Below are positions 51,978-64,000 of a stretch of DNA of 64,000 nucleotides, in pieces. Both the position numbers and the translations under genes were made by a program. Position 1 is the first letter of the stretch. Each line of letters begins with the position of its first letter. The notes under the pieces are model-generated. The model was not told the origin of the DNA. It did not search any database and worked only from the letters and a program-made list of their open reading frames with translations. Source of the stretch: Octopus vulgaris (lineage: Eukaryota); assembly GCA_951406725.2 (NCBI GenBank), contig OX597819.1:34348001-34412000 (forward strand). The letters run 5' to 3'.

Positions 51978-52044
51978 ACGTGAAAATCAGACAAGGTTGG
52001 AATTCTTTTTATTAATATATTCTTCTATACACAATCACACACAC

Positions 52045-52090
<46 letters not shown>

Positions 52091-52563
52091 TCACACGTGT
52101 ATGTGTGTGTAAGTAAGCTTGTGTTCCTGCATTTGTCCACCCATCACCGCTTGGCAATCGATGTTGGTGTGTTACATCTCTATAAACTAGCAAATTGGCT
52201 AAAGTACTAGATTTAAAAAAAAACAACATAAGTACTGGGGTTGATTTGCTCAACTAAATCCTTCAAAGCAGTGTCCCAGCATGGCTGTAGTCCAATGACT
52301 GAAGCAAGTGAAAAAGAAAAGCTTAGAAGATAAAGACATATATTCACACACACACACGCACACACACACACACACACATACACTCAAATATAATGAATAT
52401 ATATACACATTCAGTTTTACAATTTTCTTAGAATTTTGTTTGGTTTTCTTTCCCTCACCCTAGCAATAATGAACGTTGGCATGTTTTTGTTTGAAGATTG
52501 ACAGTTTTTAGTTGCATCAGAGCTACAGTAAAGAAATTAATTTGCAGAATAGAATCACATACA

Positions 52564-52598
<35 letters not shown>

Positions 52599-53071
52599 TC
52601 ACACACAGAGTTTACTTAAGCTCAACTCTTTCTCATTAAAATGATGAATAAATGGAAAAAAAAAACCAGTTGAAAATGCAAAAAGCATAATAACGTACAC
52701 TCATATGTGTGTCCATATGTATGTGCGTGTGTCTATATATATATATATATATAATCGTGTGTGTGTAGCCTTAAAAAGTATCAACTCAATCATGTCTTTA
52801 ATATATCTTTCTAGCTTATAACTGTTAATTATCTGCAGTGTGCAATCAAGGAGAAGAGATAATCTGCAAAGTTCATTCAAGCATGACCTGAGATTCATCT
52901 GTTGCTTCAATCACTGATCCAGTATTTTATACATCATTGATTTTTCACTAAAATTCACTAACATTGTTAGCCAGGAGCAAAAAGACACAATCGGATTCAG
53001 TAATGGCCATGGTGGTGGTGGCGGTGGTGGATGTGATACAATCCTGAATATTAGCGTCATTTATTATAATT

Positions 53072-53103
<32 letters not shown>

Positions 53104-53794
53104 TTATTGTTACTATTCATTTTTATTGCATCATAATCATCATTAGCTGTGTTTTTTTTCTCAATCTTGGAATTCTTGTTGTGCTCATGATGATGATGAT
53201 GATGATGATGAAGGGAGAGGAGAAGGAGGAGGAGGATAACATCATCTAGAGAGAGCTGGAACAATTTGTAAACTGTCAGACCACATGTATTTTGCCCCAC
53301 TGTGAGGCAGTAATTTTGACTATAATTCCATTAAAGGTGGATAAAATAATCATTAATAATATGAGGATTGTTTTAATCATGTACTCTTTTCATCAAGTAC
53401 TCCTGTTCTTCGTGGAAAGAAATCATTATATTCATGATATGTGAGATATAAATGCACTGTTCTATTTTCATGATATATGAGATATAAATTGCCATTCTAT
53501 CTTACAATGAAAATAAAAGGATAAGAGCTCCAAGCAAAATGCCTTGCAACGTTTCTTTATGTTCACTTTGACTAACTCAAATTATTTTGTTTAATTCTAA
53601 TTCCTTATTCATGAAAGAAAAACACAGGAATACAATTAAGTGGATGATAATATAAATTAGTCAAAGAAGACAAACACACATCTTCATAAATTAAACAAAA
53701 CAGCAAGGAGTACTGTTATTTCTCTCAATAAATTTTAAGACAACCCAAAACATTTTCAGCATTATCACATGCAACATTATCACTTATGAGCATC

Positions 53795-55464
53795 AACTGA
53801 TATTTTCATGTTCAGAAATTTTGCCATAGGAAATAGGAAAATTTACTGTAAGAAAATTTCACAGTATAGGAAAATCCAATGTAAGACAAATTTGCAGTAT
53901 GGACAATGATAAAGCATGTTATATCAGCATTTTAAAAATAAAATGAAAAATAATGATAAAAGATTTTATAAAGCATTAAATAGGCAAATCTTTATTCAAT
54001 GTCAAACATTAAAAAAATGTGATGAGGTCATTTAAAATGTATGAAAATTCCAAGCAATGCTGCACAAATAATGTACTTTTTGTTGTGGATTATATCGAGG
54101 CATTTGTCTCTCAAGTCTTGCATTAATATCGATATACATTTTCTTTGTCTCTGCCATATCTCCTTAATCTAAATCACACATTTTCTTTCTTGCTAAACTT
54201 TCTTCCCTTTTCAAATAAGTTATGAGTTTCCAGATATATGGAAGCATGTTAGGAATAGAGCTTTGTATTGCATTGTGGAAGCCTTCTATAGTGTTGCTTG
54301 TTCTGATCATATTATTTTTGAGCTCTTTCAAAAACATTCCACAATTCTATAAGAAATGTGGGCCAATAGAAATGTTGGCTACAACCTCATTCTTTTTCTA
54401 TATAGTGAGGATGGCCTTGGATGGTGAGGATGACACATTGTGCTTGAGGAGACCTATTGAGTCAAATACGTCAACCCAACATCAAAATAAAAATCAAGTG
54501 GAAATTGTAGTTATGATACCAGTGCTGGTGGCACATAAAAAGCACCATCCAAATGTGGCTGATACCAGCACCGCCTGACTGGCGTCCATGTCAGTGACAC
54601 GTAAAAAGCAATAACCAATTGTGGCCATTTGCCAGCCTCCTCTGGCCCCTGTGTTGGTGGCACGTAAAAAGCACCCACTGCACTCATGGAGTGGTTGGCA
54701 TTAGGAAGGGCATCCAGCTGTAGAAATACTGCCAGATCAGACTGGAGCCTGGCACAGCCTCCTGGCTTCCCAGACCCCAGTTGAACCGTCCAACCTATGC
54801 TAACATGGAAAATGGATGTTAAACGATGATGATAATGATGATGATGATGAGTTTCAAAATAAGAGAGAAATTCTTGGGACAAATCATCATCAGTCAATTC
54901 AATAGACTCATCAATAAACATCCTGCACTGGAAGAAATGTTAATGCTGTGAAGCATTTGATTTTGCTGTTAAGTTCTGCATCTGTTTGATAGCACAACTT
55001 TAAACCAATATCCACAATCTTGCAATAAATATCCTTAGCCATATGAAATAAACAACCTGTAATAATTGTTATTGTGAACATTTATTTTCATATTTCCAAT
55101 ATGTTTTTCTTTTCATCGTATTTTCCATCTATTCAGTAAACATAGTCCAAGTCATCCACTAATTTCACTCCACCTCTGCTAGTTTCCACTGTTATAGACC
55201 ATTGCAATGAGTGAGGTGCACAGAAATATCCATCAAAAAACGTATACAAGCCGACTGTAAAGTAGATAACTCATTTTAAAGAAATTACCTTTCTCTAATA
55301 GGCTGGTTGATAAAATTGCCATTTTAAGAAAACAACTAATTCTCTTTTTGCAATTTTTTTTTTTTTTTAATAGTGAATTTTCCTATACAGTAAATTTTCC
55401 TATAACAAAATTTCTCAGCAAATTTTCCTCCAGCAGAAATGTTTACGTAAAATTTTCTATCACC
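53795..55464 (-). mobile_element. Mutator-like (MULE) DNA transposon relic
   Basis: Minus-strand remnants FFDGYFCAP, KCFTALTFLPVQDV, FLSYFETH, PTFLIELWNVFER, RTSNTIEGFHN..LPYIWKLITYLKREE. Inverted repetitive ends (ATAGGAAAATTTACTGTA) at ~53825 and ~55390. Confidence 0.75.
54403..54850 (+). mobile_element. Retroposon family E inserted in the MULE transposase
   Basis: TGGCACGTAAAAAGCACC repeats, GGCATTAGGAAGGGCATCCAGC, (GAT)n tail. Confidence 0.8.
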
Positions 55465-55469
55465 TGATA

Positions 55470-56500
55470 CTTTGGCAAGGCAATAACAAAAGTTTCATTG
55501 TCAGTGGTCCAGTTACCCTAAACACCTCAAATACAATGTTTTGAAAAATATAATTAGGATACTTCTCAGCCTTGATCCATTCAGTTATGGAGGAAATAGT
55601 TTCCACCTCCCTCAGAGCATTTACAGTGAGTGACAGAATCCCAAAGAAGACTCTACATATGTGGCCTCTATTTCTAGCTAAACAGTGAAGCCTAAGTCCA
55701 TCAGTTTCCCATCCAATTTGGACAGTAATAATAATGAACTTATTGCATACAGTGTTTAGGTGCACTACAACTCATCAGAAAATGTAACTAAAAAAAAAGG
55801 CTCGAGCTAGCAGAAATGTTAGCACGCCAGCCAAAATGCTTAGCGGTATTTCGTCGGCCACTACATTTTGAGTTCAAATTCCGCCGAGGTCGACTTTGCC
55901 TTTCATCCTTTTGGGGTCGATTAAATAAGTACCAGTTATGCACTGGGGTCAATATAATCGACTTAATCCGTTTGTTTGCCCTTGTTTGTCCCCTCTGCAT
56001 GTAGCCCCTTGTGGGTAATAAAGAAATAAGAAAATGTAACTAAAACTGCATGCACAGTACATAGAATGATGCGTAGAAAGTAAACAATGAATAAATCGTT
56101 AAAAAAAAAAGAAACATGGGTTGCAGGGGTGGGGGCATCAGGTGTACCATTGGTGAATTTCAGGAAGCATGGAAGTTTTGAAGGATGTAGTGTCCTGACA
56201 GCTAACAACTGATGCAGCAAATTTGAGCATGAAAAAAATGTTTCTGAAGGTCATGGGTGTTGAGTTGTCTTTTTTTTGATTTTGTAAAGAATGTCCAAGA
56301 GTGTTAGACATATCAAATTCAAAAAGATGCTCGAAGTTGTTGTTGGAATGATGGAGGATATTCTTGTGTGTATCTACCATGTCAGTTGCCAGACATCAGA
56401 GCTTTAATGTGTCCAGACATCAGGGAAGCAAGATGTTCAGTGTATGGTAGATGCTTGACCGCAAGTATTTGTCTGGTTGCAGTCTCACAAGTCCTAGAAT
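55470..56500 (-). pseudogene. Degraded RTE-like LINE relic split by a SINE
   Basis: NYIFQNIV motif shared with the RTE at ~61690; decayed downstream coding-like sequence. Confidence 0.45.
55799..56028 (+). mobile_element. SINE family B
   Basis: 17-bp TSD AGAAAATGTAACTAAAA (55777-93, 56029-45). Confidence 0.9.
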
Positions 56501-56534
56501 TGAAGGGTTATTTACTCCAGCTATGGTTTGTTTT

Positions 56535-56886
56535 ATCTTTTATCTTTTTCTTGTTTCAGTTATTTGACTGGCTGTGGCCATGCTGAGGCACCACCTTGAA
56601 GGGTATTTTAGTTGAACAAATCAACTCTAGTACTTATTCTTTTGCTAAACAACTAAGTTATAGGGACATAAACACATCAACACCAGTTGTCAAGCAGTAG
56701 TGGGGGAACATAGACACAAATACACACACAATGGGCTTCTTTCAGTTTCCATCTACCAAATACACTGACCAGGCTTTGGTCAGCCTGATGCTGTAGAAGA
56801 CATTTACCCAAAGTGTCACGCAGTGGGGCTGACCCAGAACTATGTGGTTGGGAAGGAAGCTTCTTACCACACAGCTATGCCTGCAG
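56535..56886 (-). mobile_element. SINE family A (older)
   Basis: Homology to other copies. Confidence 0.8.
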
Positions 56887-57091
56887 CTATTATAATTTAT
56901 AATTAAATTTATTTCAGTGTGCTGAGTACAGTGACAAATATTTAGTTGATATGACAATTCACGAAGACCCTGCTACCAAAGGGTGCTCATTTAAACTTCA
57001 TTCCCTCACATACATCAACTCCAACTTTGAGAATGATGAAAATTTAGAGAAAATGTGGGGTTACCATTGACTTTCCATTCATCCTTCAAAA

Positions 57092-57330
57092 ATTCCTTCT
57101 CGAGCCATGCCAGGCTCATAAGGGCCGGTTTCAGTGGCGTAGAAATTACCCACCTGGACGGGATGCCAGTCCATCGCAGGATTACTCATTTTTGTCAGCT
57201 GAGTGGACTGGAGCAACGTGAAATGAAGTGTTTTGCTCAAGAACACAGCACATTGCCCGGTCCAGGAATTAAAACCACAACCTTACAATCATAAGTTCAA
57301 TACCCTAACCACTAAGCCACATGCCTCCAC
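57092..57330 (-). mobile_element. SINE, head D + tail T3
   Basis: Head as 33929-34256; tail GCGATGGACTGGCATCCCGTCCAG...GAAACCGGCCCTTATGAGCC as 23881-24190. Confidence 0.8.
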
Positions 57331-58260
57331 ATTCATCCTTCTAGAGTTGATACAACTAAACAATGGTCAGTTGTGTTGACATAATTCAATATAAACCTCA
57401 CAACCAAACTGGCATTGTGCCTATCAATCAGATTATAATAAAAGAGGTGGGAGACAACTTAATGAACAAAAACTACAAATGCTCAAGATTCATAGCCTAG
57501 GGTCAACCAAAGCCTAGCAAGAAGATTTGGTAGATGAAAACTGATAAAAGTCCATCACATGTATGTATGTATGTATGTATGTATGTATGTATGTATGTAT
57601 GTATGTGTGTATGAATAAGTGTGTCTGTGTCTATCTGTCCCTCTCTCTTTCTCTCTCTCTTTGTCTTGTCATCACATGCTAGTTGTAAATGAGTGTCACC
57701 GTCATATAAGCAGTGTCATTCACTTCCAATATTCCATGAGGAAATAATACCTTGTTTGGGAACAGGTGAGGGTTGGTGACAGGAAGGCCATCCATCTATA
57801 GAAAATCTGCTGTTTTGACCACCTAGCAAATATGGAAAAGTGGATATTAAAGCAACGATGATGACGGTGCTGGTGGTGGTGGTCCTGAAAATTATGTATA
57901 ACTAAGTGTATTTACTGTAAGTCATCAATATTCGACTAAGTAACATTGCAATTATTCCTATTACAAACAAATTAATAGGAACCATTCTTCACACACAATA
58001 ATCACTTTAATTCAACAGCAAAGTCAATATAATTTTGTGGCTTTTTTAATTTATTAATATATCACAATGTACTGTAGTGATAAATCCTGAACAAATATAT
58101 ACTTTAAACACTGAATAGACTTCAAATTCAAATCACTTCATTTTCCTTATATGATTAATACATTCAGAAAAAGAATTTACATCAAATCTCATTTTTCTTA
58201 CTTATAACTGTCAATCTTTTTAATATTTCAAAGTTTTATATATATATATGAATAAAGGTG

Positions 58261-58291
<31 letters not shown>

Positions 58292-58304
58292 CACACACAT
58301 ACAT

Positions 58305-58699
58305 ACTCTCTCTCTTTTACTCTTTTACTTGTTTCAGTCATTTGACTGTGGCTATGCTGGAGCACCACTTTTAGTCAAGCAAATCGACCCCAGCCTAGTA
58401 AGCCTAGTACTTATTCTATTGGTCTCTTTTGCTGAACCACTAAGTTACAGGGACGTAGACACACCAGCATCCATTGTCAAGCGATGTTGGGAGACAAACA
58501 CAGATACACAAACACGCACACATATACATATATACGACGGGCTTCTTTCAGTTTCCGTCTACCAAATCCACTCACAAGGCTTTGGTCAGCCCGAGGCTAT
58601 AGCAGAAGGCACTTGCCCAAGGTGCTATGCATAGGACTGAACCCAAAACCATGTGGTTGGGAAGCAAGCTTCTTACCACACAGCCACTCCTGCACCTAT
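58305..58699 (-). mobile_element. SINE family A
   Basis: Homology to other copies. Confidence 0.9.
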
Positions 58700-58728
58700 G
58701 TACACATACAAAAATGCATACATACATT

Positions 58729-58759
<31 letters not shown>

Positions 58760-59614
58760 ATTTTTCCATAATTAGTTATAATGAAAATAACTTACATTAA
58801 TCTGAAGAGTTACTCCATGCTTTTTTAAAGTACAAATTTACTATTTGACTTCGAAGTTTTGAACAGCTGAGTCATCATCAAACTATAATGCATTAAGTTA
58901 ATCTTGGTTTTATGTAGTCCCTGTCTCTGTTGAGATAAAAATTTATCTGGGATTTGTGGGGTTCAATTGAATAGTAATTAGGTTACAATGTGTGTTGTGG
59001 AAAATATTTTATTGATTAAATTTAGGATTATGACTACGTTCAGAATTTATTCATGTGTGTAGTACTTTGTAAACAAGTGTGTAAGTTTAGGTGTGTCAGC
59101 TTTAGGTCATGGGATTGTTTGTTAGTGACTCACAAAAAAGGAAAAAGGTAGATAAAGGAAGATTTTGGTCAGCAAATGTGTCATTAGTTTTACCTATATT
59201 TGGCTTTATTGGATTTAATCCTTTGCTTTGGCAATATAAAATTCAAAGTTTACTCTAAACATTTAAAAACTTAGTAACTGGGTTTGTCGATTTTTGCAAT
59301 AGAATTTCTAAGGGTCACAAAAGAATGTCAGTAGTTGCTATGTTTTAGGTGGTCAGTAAGTTTCTTTATTTGCTGTGATGCTATTTAGCATGTTACCTGT
59401 TTGTATTTGGAAGGTGCAAGTTATTAGTCAAGCATGTCATGATGTTGTTAGCATAGAAATTTGTTTATCTTGTTCATCGATGTTCACAAGAGAATACGGT
59501 ACATGTAGAAGTTCTTGGTTAGTATATTTCTCTACAAGAGCTCTTTATTTTATAAGCAAATTGATTAATATATAGAAATTTTAACCTTTGTATTTTGTGG
59601 AGGCAGGGTTTGTG

Positions 59615-60960
59615 AATTATGTGTATTCGGTAAGGATATCAGAATGCAGTTTAAGGTAAGTAATTGTCTAGTGCTAATTATGAAGAGAGGCCAGATAATA
59701 AACTCTGATGATATAAAATTACCACATGACAACATCAATAGATACAAATACCTAGGGGTGTTGCAAAGTGTTAGGATAAAGGGAGGAGAAAATCTGTACA
59801 GAATACAAGAGGAGAATCAGGAAGCTGCTTGAAATAAAATTAAATGTAGGGAATATCATTAAAGCAATAAGTACATAGGCTATGCTAGTATTAAGATACT
59901 TTGCTCCCTTTCTGAAATGGATAACGGTTGAGTTCCAGAAGTTGGATAGAACTAGAAATCTGCTCACAATCCACAGCACACACTGCTCTAAAAGTAATAC
60001 CAATAGACTCTATATACCAAAAAAAGGAAGGAGACAGAGGATACTAAATGCAGAAGACACTGTTAGTACCATGGTAGAGAGGTTGAAAGAGTTATGTTGT
60101 GCAGAGTAAAGAAAGAATACTATCAGCATCTACATTTTCCCAAAAAGTTACTGAGAAACAGTTGGAGAATTCAAGAAGAGAAGGAAGAACAACAGAACAA
60201 GCAAATAGAAAGAGATGGAATTACTTGGTCAATTCATGCAACAAGCTGAGAATATTGGAAGTAAAGAATACTGGGTCTAGCTGATGGATGGAAACCTGAA
60301 GCAAGATACCAAAGCACTAATTATAGCCATTAGACAAGGGCAAATTATAGCCACTCAGGAACAAGCCATCTGACAAAGGTAAAACTTGACAAAACTCAAT
60401 CCGACAGCAAATGTGGAGTATGCAAGAAAGGTGACAAAAGTATCAATCATCTCTTGAGTGAGTGCAGTAAGCTAGCAAAAAAAGAATAAAAGTGTAGGCA
60501 TGACTGTATAGGTAAAAGAATGCATTGAGAAGCTAGCCAAGTGTGTGGCTTTAAAACAAGAGGAAAGTGGTATTAACATGAACTAGAAGCTGTGACAGAG
60601 AATGAGAATTACAGGATCTTATGGAACTCTCCCTATAAAGACTGACCATACTATTGAAGCACAAAATAAACAAAGACTGTAAGATTGTAGGCTTTGCAAT
60701 AATGCTCTATGATAACAGAGTCAATACTGAAGAAATTGAAAAAGATTGAGAAATATCGGAATCTAACCAGAGTGCTGAAAAGACTAAAATACCAAGACAA
60801 CAATTATTCCAGTGGAAACTGATGCACTTGATACAATACCTCATAAAATGCTACCTAAAAGACTGAAAGAAACCTGCACTGTCAATTTGCAGAAAAGTAC
60901 CATCTTATATTCTATAAAAGTCCTAAGGAAGATTCTTGAGATTTCAGGAGACTTTTTGTC
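59615..60960 (+). pseudogene. R4/Dong-clade non-LTR retrotransposon 3' relic
   Basis: YKYLG..KLNVGNIIKAI..RLYIP..KCGVC...SINHLLSEC..LA...RHD..KW...ILW..KTDHTI; many stops and frameshifts. Confidence 0.85.
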
Positions 60961-61189
60961 ACCAAACCTCAGATTATCATTCTTGTTAATTAAATTAGAG
61001 TGAATGAATCGACAACCTCATGTAACTTACCCTTAACAAAAATTTTAGCAGATTTACAAACAGCACCACATATAAGTTTATGCATTACAACTGTTTTTTC
61101 AACTTCAAGTTTATGGTCAATCCAAAACCATCACAAGCTGAGTCAAATACCGATACAAGTGATTGCAGACATGTTTCAGAATGACTGAC

Positions 61190-61735
61190 AAGATCGCAAT
61201 TGTCAGCATACAAAAGTTCCCTAATGAGTGAAGTAAAAACCTACGTTTTGAATTTCAGTCTGGTCAGATTAAAAACAATCCCTGTTGTTTGATATTTTAT
61301 GTAAATACCCTCCTCAGAGTTTTGAAAAGCATGTGACAACACAACAGCAAAGTATATAGCAAAGAGGGTGGGTGCATCAAGGTCTCCTTGATTTACTCCA
61401 TTTTCCACAACAAAGGATTCAGAGAGCCTACCACCAAAGTTAACTCCAGCTTTCATATCTTGATGCAATGCCCTGATCATATTTACAAGTTTTTCTGGCA
61501 ACCTATTTTCCTAAGAATTAGCCACAAAGCATTTCGATTAACAGTATCGTATGCTTTGCTCAAATCAACAAAGCAATGGTATAGAACAAGATTCTGTTCA
61601 ATGCATTTTTCTTGTAATTGTCTGAGAATAAAGATACAACCAGCTGTGCCCCTGGAGGAATGAAAACCACACTGAAACTCAGACACTATATTTTGAAATA
61701 TGAAGGTACTTAAACATTCTAATAAATAGATTTTT
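61190..61735 (-). pseudogene. RTE LINE relic, RT subdomains 2-5
   Basis: EFQCGF..RGT..IFILRQLQEKC.EQ..FVDLSKAYDTVNR..GVNQGD..PTLF..LLYAD. Confidence 0.9.
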
Positions 61736-61740
61736 CGATA

Positions 61741-62695
61741 ATGCCTAAAAATCGACAGTCTGGTCCTAAGGTACCCAAAAAGTTAAATGTTGCAAACTTT
61801 AAATTATCAAGCAACTTGCGAAAATTCCACGATGCTATAGAAAGCATCAATCTTGACCCAAACAATCTATGGGAAGATTTCAAAACAAAAGTATTTCAGG
61901 CAGCAAATTCGTCAGTGGGATTTAAATCACATAAGTCCAGTGACTGAATCTCAGATAGATCAGCAGAAATTCATGATCTACTTTTAGAAAACCAAAACTA
62001 AGGCAATATACTTCTTTCTCAGTCCTTGAACCCCAACTCAAACAAAGCTCACAGAAAGCTGAAAAGGAAAGTGCAGACTGCTCTAAGGAAAATTAAACAG
62101 GATGGTGGACTGATAGGGCAAAAGAAGCACAAGAAGCAGCTGATAGAAATGATGCCAAGGGTTTGTACTCTTATGTTAAGAAGGTATATGGCCCAAAATC
62201 TTCATTAATAGCCCCAGTGAGAACAGCAAATGGACGTTTGCTTCTGACTGACACCACTTCTATTTATAAATGCTGGGTACAACATTTTTCTGCACTTTTG
62301 AATAGACCATCATCTGCAGACATGAGTACAATAGAAAAACTCAAACACCTTTCAGTTATAGGAGAAATGGCATTTGAACCAACTCTAAATTACATTAATT
62401 TAGCTGTGAATAAGCTGAATAGCAATAAGTCTCCAGGGTCTGATGGAATCTGTGCAGAAGTTTTGAAATATGGGGATGACAAAATGTTTGAACTCTTAAA
62501 TATATTAATTTGTGACTGTTGGAGAATTGAGAAAGTACCTCAAGACTAGATTGATGCCATTTTAGTCTTCTTGTATAAATCAAGGCCAAAGGGTCTGTGT
62601 GATACTTTTCATTGGATTTCGCTTGTGTCTGTCATTGGAAGGGTACTTGCCTGCATTTTATTTGGATGTTTAAATACCTTCATAGTTCCAAGTAT
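61741..62695 (+). pseudogene. RTE LINE relic, post-endonuclease linker to RT subdomain 1 (inverted relative to its neighbour)
   Basis: WEDFK..VYGP..W.QHFS.LLN..KSPGSDGI.AE.LK..VPQD..ISLVSVIGRVLA.IL. Confidence 0.88.
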
Positions 62696-62780
62696 ATATA
62701 TTTACATAAATACACACATGCATACATACATACATACATACATACATACATGCATACATGCATACATACATACATACATA

Positions 62781-62822
<42 letters not shown>

Positions 62823-63026
62823 TACATATATATGTATGCATATATACATACATATATATATATATACATATATATACATGTATGCTTATATATGTATATA
62901 CATTCATATACGTGTGCATATGTGTGTGTGTGTGTAACCCATGCTAGTATGGAAAGCAGACGCTAAATGATGATGATGATGATGATGATATATATACATA
63001 TATAAATACATCTATATATGTATGTG

Positions 63027-63069
<43 letters not shown>

Positions 63070-63129
63070 TATATACATCTATATACGTGTATATACGCAC
63101 ACTTGTCTATCTATCTATATATATGTGTA

Positions 63130-63177
<48 letters not shown>
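62696..63177. repeat. Compound (TA)n/(CATA)n/(TG)n microsatellite block
   Basis: Direct reading. Confidence 0.93.
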
Positions 63178-63180
<3 letters not shown>

Positions 63181-64000
63181 TTAAACAAAAGAAAAGTAAA
63201 AGAAAAAGAAAAGTGTTTTTTAAAAATCAATAACTGTTTTTTGATGGATGTGATTTTCAATAAGCCATCAACTAACTGCCAAAAGAAAGATCAATATTCA
63301 ATATTGTCTTGACACAGATGACAATCTCTAAAAACATTTGCGAACACCCGCTCCACTAAATCGGAACACCATAGATGATGTACTGACCAACAATCTTCTT
63401 ATATTTCTTCTTTGATGTTCAAGCAAGCACAGTAAGAGAACTTACACTTCCTGCAAAATTAATTTCAACATCATTGAGTTAAGTTAATCATCTTGAAGAT
63501 GGCATCGTTTTATCAGCACCTGTACAGAACTGATTTCTCAACTAAACACATTATCCAACAAAATCAAAATTACCAATAGGTTCTGTCAAGATTTTATATG
63601 ACCGCATTAATTACATTCTGGCCAAGGTGGCTGGATCTAGCAGAATGTACAACAGAGAACAGTACATAAAGGAACTATGAATGTAGCATGTGTTCGTGTG
63701 TGCGTGTGTGCGTGTGTGTGTGTGTGCATGCGCATGTGTATGCGTGTGTGTATGTGTGTGTGTGTGTGTGTGCACGTGTGCTCATATTTCGAGATGCATG
63801 TGTCAGTCCATGTTTATGTCTTTGACTGAATGTATGATTATGTGGGATTACATCAGCTTGTACACCAATATCGACAATATGTATGCATGTGAGAATAAAC
63901 ACAGCTCTGCATGAGTGTGTGTGTGTGTGTGTGTTTGTTTGTGTGTGTGCACATGCACATGCATGCATGTGTATGTCTGTGTGTGTAAGTGTATTGAAGT

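Larger units (their letters stand above)
46485..52020 (+). mobile_element. Penelope-like retroelement with inverted 5' copy of its 3' end (inverted pseudo-LTR)
   Basis: 46485-48053 is the reverse complement of 50452-52020. Intact RT + GIY-YIG. Inserted in the (TA)n centre of a family A SINE (halves 46381-46480 and 52085-52320). Confidence 0.96.

Noticed and set aside
46485-52020. DNA transposon or Polinton with long TIRs, or an LTR element
   Set aside because: The inverted arms contain coding sequence of the RT-GIY-YIG ORF; no transposase, integrase or clear TSD
52820-53300. Possible upstream UTR exon of the host gene
   Set aside because: Low-complexity sequence without a convincing pair of splice sites or any homology

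Overview
This is AT-rich, microsatellite-dense animal DNA, not prokaryotic. The SINE families present resemble those of Octopus (inference). The window appears to be almost entirely intron of one large minus-strand host gene. I can support only one exon, 43538-43774; it holds the start codon and encodes an N-terminus resembling PLEKHH1/2 (MAX-1 family). The standout feature is a young Penelope-like retroelement (PLE) at 46485-52020, inserted into the (TA)n of a SINE. It has two near-identical 1,569-bp inverted arms and an intact RT + GIY-YIG frame that stays open about 139 codons upstream of the called ATG. A basic upstream ORF overlaps that frame in the -1 phase across an in-phase T-TTT-TTT slippery heptamer. 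Each arm carries a CCAAT/TATA promoter and a minimal type I hammerhead ribozyme with a variant core (CCGAAGA) and palindromic stem III. Elsewhere there are several tRNA-derived SINE families that swap heads and tails, non-autonomous Helitrons, piggyBac- and hAT-type MITEs, and a TIR element carrying (TTAGGG)n. There are also Tc1/mariner and Mutator relics, RTE, CR1, R4 and Hero LINE relics, a 28-bp minisatellite with higher-order structure, and local direct and inverted duplications. Most short ORFs in the track are microsatellite or repeat artefacts. All alignments were made by eye, so the boundaries of old repeats are approximate.
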